From Eledone cirrhosa (lineage: Eukaryota), in NCBI GenBank assembly GCA_964016885.1, contig OZ024745.1, positions 55,738,001 to 55,802,000 of the forward strand: a stretch of DNA of 64,000 nt. The letters are read 5' to 3'. Positions 59,746-64,000 of this stretch are shown one piece after another (within the stretch, counting starts at the first letter, position 1; every line of letters starts with the position of its first letter). A model generated the notes under the pieces. It was not told the DNA's origin and made no database searches. It saw only the letters and a list, made by a program, of their open reading frames with translations. The position numbers were made by a program, and so were the translations under genes.

Positions 59746-61338
59746 CTAGAATAAGAACAATAATGTTAACCATTTTTATTCGTCCAGATATATCGCGTGC
59801 TGTTAACTAAATATGTTCAGTGATATATATTAGAATCAACATTTAAAATATATATAAGCGATAATCCTCCACCAATTTAATATGGAATTTAGACATATAT
59901 TTGTGAATCAACAGAAAATATTTTCATAAATGCAATATATCAAGGTGTGGTTTCTAATGCCTAGTACGCTCTGATATGTTGTGTGTGACTGATCAAATGT
60001 GTAACTGAAAAATGAGAGGAACGAGCGTGTGAGCGGGTGTGTATGTCTGTTTGTCTGGTTTTTTTTAGAGTAGTAGCAAATTTATCTTTGTCTGTGGTAC
60101 AAAGATAATTTTCGTCAATTCAGACGGAAGTAAATATGATGACACGTAGGGGTATCAAAATCAAGTTACACTTTGCCAACGCCACTCAGTGATTCGGCAA
60201 GAGGTTTTGCTTTTTCCCAGGCCTTCTGTTTGGTGAATCATTAAACCGATACTTTTGTTACTTCGCATTTCTGCATTTTTATTTTCAATCTGACTCTCTC
60301 TGACTTATATTTCTCCCTAGTTCCCCTACATCTAAATACATGTGCATTCTTAGAAAATTACTCTTTTTCTGTGAACATGATTTTCACTATATTAATAAAA
60401 ACATTCTTATCGTTATTTCAATTGTTTCAATATCCCAGCCTGAGCTTATCTTCAGATTATGATATGAGGTGTATATTGAAAGTGTACTTGTGTTTTACGT
60501 ATTATCATAATATATGATTGGCATGTTCAACTAAACACATTTCAGAGAAACTACATAACGCTTAAAATCCATGTTTACGTATGGACATTTTACAGAATGT
60601 ATTGACATCTATGACTCTTCTCCTTCCTCGTTTAATCTGAATATATTCTTTTCATGCAAATGAATACTTTCTCCAATAACGAGATATGATAAATAGGAAC
60701 TGATTTTATCATAGCATCACTTCTATGATGATAGATGCTTGTAAAATTCATTGAAGCATAATAATACATTATCACGAATAATTTGGTACTACTGAACATA
60801 TATATTTTAATTGGCATTTATATACACATAGAGAAAAGTTATTTGGCACCGTTTAACCCAGGCCAATACATATTTTATACCAGTGTTCTTTTATAATGAT
60901 TCTTCCGACAATAACATTTTACTGTATGGTTTTTTTCCAGATCATGATTTGTTGCATGCATCATATATTGATTCACTTTTTATGCAACTTATAATAGTAA
61001 CAATATTTCACTACCTTTCCCTATTTAATATGTGTGATGATGTCCAATGATTTCCATCTCAATTCTAATTACTATAACGACCAAAGTTTGATTTGTATGA
61101 GAATGTGTTATTCAAATTAATATATACAGTTAGTATTTGCAATTGTAGAAAGCTAAGCTGATTGAAGGTAAGAATAAATATAATGTTGTTGGAGTAATAA
61201 ATACTGATATTGTCGCAGAAGGAACAATATATATTTTAAAATTGTGCACAAAAATGTATTATTAAATGGAATATGAAGTGAATGTAAAGTCATTGAATGA
61301 TATGTATTCACATTTACAGAATAAAAAGAACAAACTTC

Positions 61339-61453
<115 letters not shown>

Positions 61454-61460
61454 ATATATT

Positions 61461-62130
61461 TACGAATATAATTTCAGCGAGATCGTATTTCGGCGGTGGC
61501 CAAAACAAAACGAAACGCAATCTTCGAGATATGCCGGCAATCGCTCAATGGACTAATAAGAAACCAGAGCAATTAATATGTGTTATAAAGGCGAGACACA
61601 ATGAAAACAGTGGTGAAATCAAGCTAAACAGGTTAACAGAGGATTACCTAGTCCTCCCCGGAAAGTGGTGGTACAATCCAATGGGAGGTTTCTGTGACCT
61701 CTAAATCAAGTATATTGTAAGCTTTTGGTATAAAGATCGAACAAGGTAGCCACTTCGTCAACAGGTTTTCTGTTCGCAGCCACCTACCGGGTTCCAATGA
61801 AGTAGCGGTGAAGTTACAACCCCACGTGGTTATCTGCAAGGGAGGTAACCCCGATTTTTGGCGGGTGCATTCAAAATGTGTAAAGGGATTACAAAACATT
61901 CCCAAAAACTGCACAAATCGAAGTAAGCTCTCGACCGGGTTGTTTTTAAATCAACTTAAGCAATTAATCAATCAATAGAATTGTCTAATTTAATTAACTA
62001 AATCATTCCTAGATCAGGGAGATTAATACGAATATAATTTCAGCGAGACCGTATCTCGGCGGTGGCCAAAACAAAACGAAATGCAATCTTTGAGATATGC
62101 CGGCCAGCGCTCAATGGAGTAAGAAGAAAT
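61461..62130 (-). repeat. Family F element with ~100-bp direct repeats 566 bp apart (pLTR-like)
   Basis: 61461-61563 matches 62027-62129; begins at a (TA)n tract. Confidence 0.7.
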
Positions 62131-62428
62131 TAGAATAACCCCACCACAGCACAGACATGTTAAATCCCTATATATAGAACAACACACCACATACACATCA
62201 GTTTGACAAGCGCACCTCAGCGTGAAAGGTCTTTCTAAAAACGAAACAATACCTCCTACGTTAATCAAGAACTCCTAAGACCTAACCAACAACCAACAAC
62301 TTAATTTCTAAAAAAAATTTTTTCAGAGAATTTGTTCTAATCCGGAGAAAAATTATTTTTGAATTTTGTGAAGAAAATAAATTTGTTGAAAGCACAAGTG
62401 AAGCCATTTTTTTCTTCCCCCCTGTCTT

Positions 62429-62494
<66 letters not shown>

Positions 62495-62537
62495 AAGTAG
62501 TCGGTTATTTTTATTCTGAGTACACACGCACACACAC

Positions 62538-62581
<44 letters not shown>

Positions 62582-62586
<5 letters not shown>

Positions 62587-62867
62587 GGTTTGAGGTTCAC
62601 CACTGTATGGAGCTGGTCTATTCCGTATAGTCAATCGTAATGCAATAATATAGAGAGGGCGACCGGCTGACGTTGAAGGAACAGAATAGCGGTCGCCCTC
62701 GGGTCCTCGATTTTCAGCCCCATTGATTTTATCTATTACATTCACGTATTATATTTCGAATACCTGATGATATCACCGGATTCATACGGAACCCGGTCAT
62801 TGAAATCATCATAGTATAATAAACCTTTCAAGGATTTACACAAATCCAGCCTCCTGTCATTTCATTA

Positions 62868-62872
<5 letters not shown>
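62582..62872 (+). mobile_element. Family C copy: inverted tail joined to an HHR-bearing 3' segment
   Basis: 62582-62657 is the reverse complement of 8059-8134; 62656-62872 matches 7781-7993; (TA)n on both sides. Confidence 0.88.
62760..62817 (+). ncRNA. Type I hammerhead motif (family C, second copy)
   Basis: ATAC-CTGATGA...GAAA-TCATCA-TA-GTAT; one substitution breaks the stem III palindrome. Confidence 0.65.
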
Positions 62873-62911
<39 letters not shown>

Positions 62912-63340
62912 GTATGACCGAAGTTACAGCTGCGACTAGCAGGTTCACAATCGCATTTTGAAGGCTGCCACAAAGCACTCAATGAGAAGAAATCAATAAA
63001 TTAATGCTTAGAGTAATTAGCCTATCTTAGGTAATGTGACAAAATGAAAAACGTGACTAGATGCGTGCTGCCAACAACGAATATATAAATAGGTTAAAGA
63101 CGAACCCGGACCTGATCGATAAATATTAGATATTAAACGATACATGAACCCGACTGCCAACGAATATTTCGCTAACTTTAGCAGTAGATTCACGTGTTCT
63201 TTCTCAAGAAAAGAGGACTTCACATACGGGTTCTGGCGGATACATTCAAAAGTGTAAACAAAGGAATTATTCACAGCCTCGAATTAAGCTCACAACTAGG
63301 TTTTCAAACAAACAATAAATAATCAATCAAACAATTAATC

Positions 63341-63371
<31 letters not shown>

Positions 63372-63414
63372 ATTACATGTGTGTGTGTGTGTGTGTGTGT
63401 AAATATACGGAATT

Positions 63415-63575
63415 ATAATAGGGAGGTTGTGAGTTCGGGTTGGGCTTTGCGTTGTGTTCTTGAGCGAGACACTATATTTTGCATGGGCGACTGCTGGTCT
63501 TCCGCAATCAACATTGCTCCGACTTGTGCCTTGGAGGAGAACATTCCAGGTGCAAATCCCATTGATATATATATA
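63415..63575 (+). mobile_element. Degenerate S2-like SINE
   Basis: GAGGTTGTGAGTTCG...GCGTTGTGTTCTTGAGCGAGACAC. Confidence 0.5.
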
Positions 63576-63664
63576 TATATACATATACAAACGGAAGGTA
63601 GGACGAGACACACAACTTTTCACTATTTAGTTTCCTCATCATGTCCCAAGCATTATTTAATTGA

Positions 63665-63771
63665 CCGCCGAGGTTAACTTTGCCTTTCATCCTTACGGGG
63701 TCGATAAAATAAATTACCAGTAATACACTGATATAATTGCTGGCCTTGTGCCAAAAGTAGAAACAACTATT
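63665..63771 (+). mobile_element. SINE S1 3' half
   Basis: CCGCCGAGGTTAACTTTGCCTTTCATCCTTACGGGGTCGATAAAAT...GTAGAAACAA. Confidence 0.85.
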
Positions 63772-64000
63772 CAATTGACTGGATGGTAGGTAGTATTTGC
63801 TTTGAAATGACGAAATTTAGCGATAATTTCATATTACCTAGTTATTTAAACTTTCGAAACGTGTCTTTGAATGCGTGCCTGACCTTGATATTATAATTGT
63901 ATCGCTATTGAAGGTGGCTGTCGATACTGATTTTTTTTAAAATTAGAAATAGCGTGTATTTGAGATAAGGTTACCATTTCTGATAAAAAAGTTTATCCAC

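Overview
Eukaryotic, very AT-rich non-genic DNA dominated by long (TA)n microsatellites. The SINE sequences and repeat landscape suggest a cephalopod (octopus-like) genome; this is recall-based inference. No intact host protein-coding gene is supported, and nearly all listed ORFs are microsatellite artefacts or retroelement remnants. The window holds decayed LINEs (CR1-like, RTE), two tRNA-derived SINE families, a non-autonomous Helitron and a dense set of Penelope-like elements (PLEs). The PLEs include one near-full-length RT + GIY-YIG copy (40974-44861), several Naiad-like fragments and short non-coding relatives. At least five sequence-unrelated families carry type I hammerhead ribozyme (HHR) motifs. 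Most of these elements are bounded by (TA)n tracts, and several form inverted terminal copies with a family-specific 3' tail on only one arm. One non-coding element looks like a terminally redundant 525-nt monomer with one HHR (retrozyme-like). Coordinates were counted by eye and may be off by a few bases.
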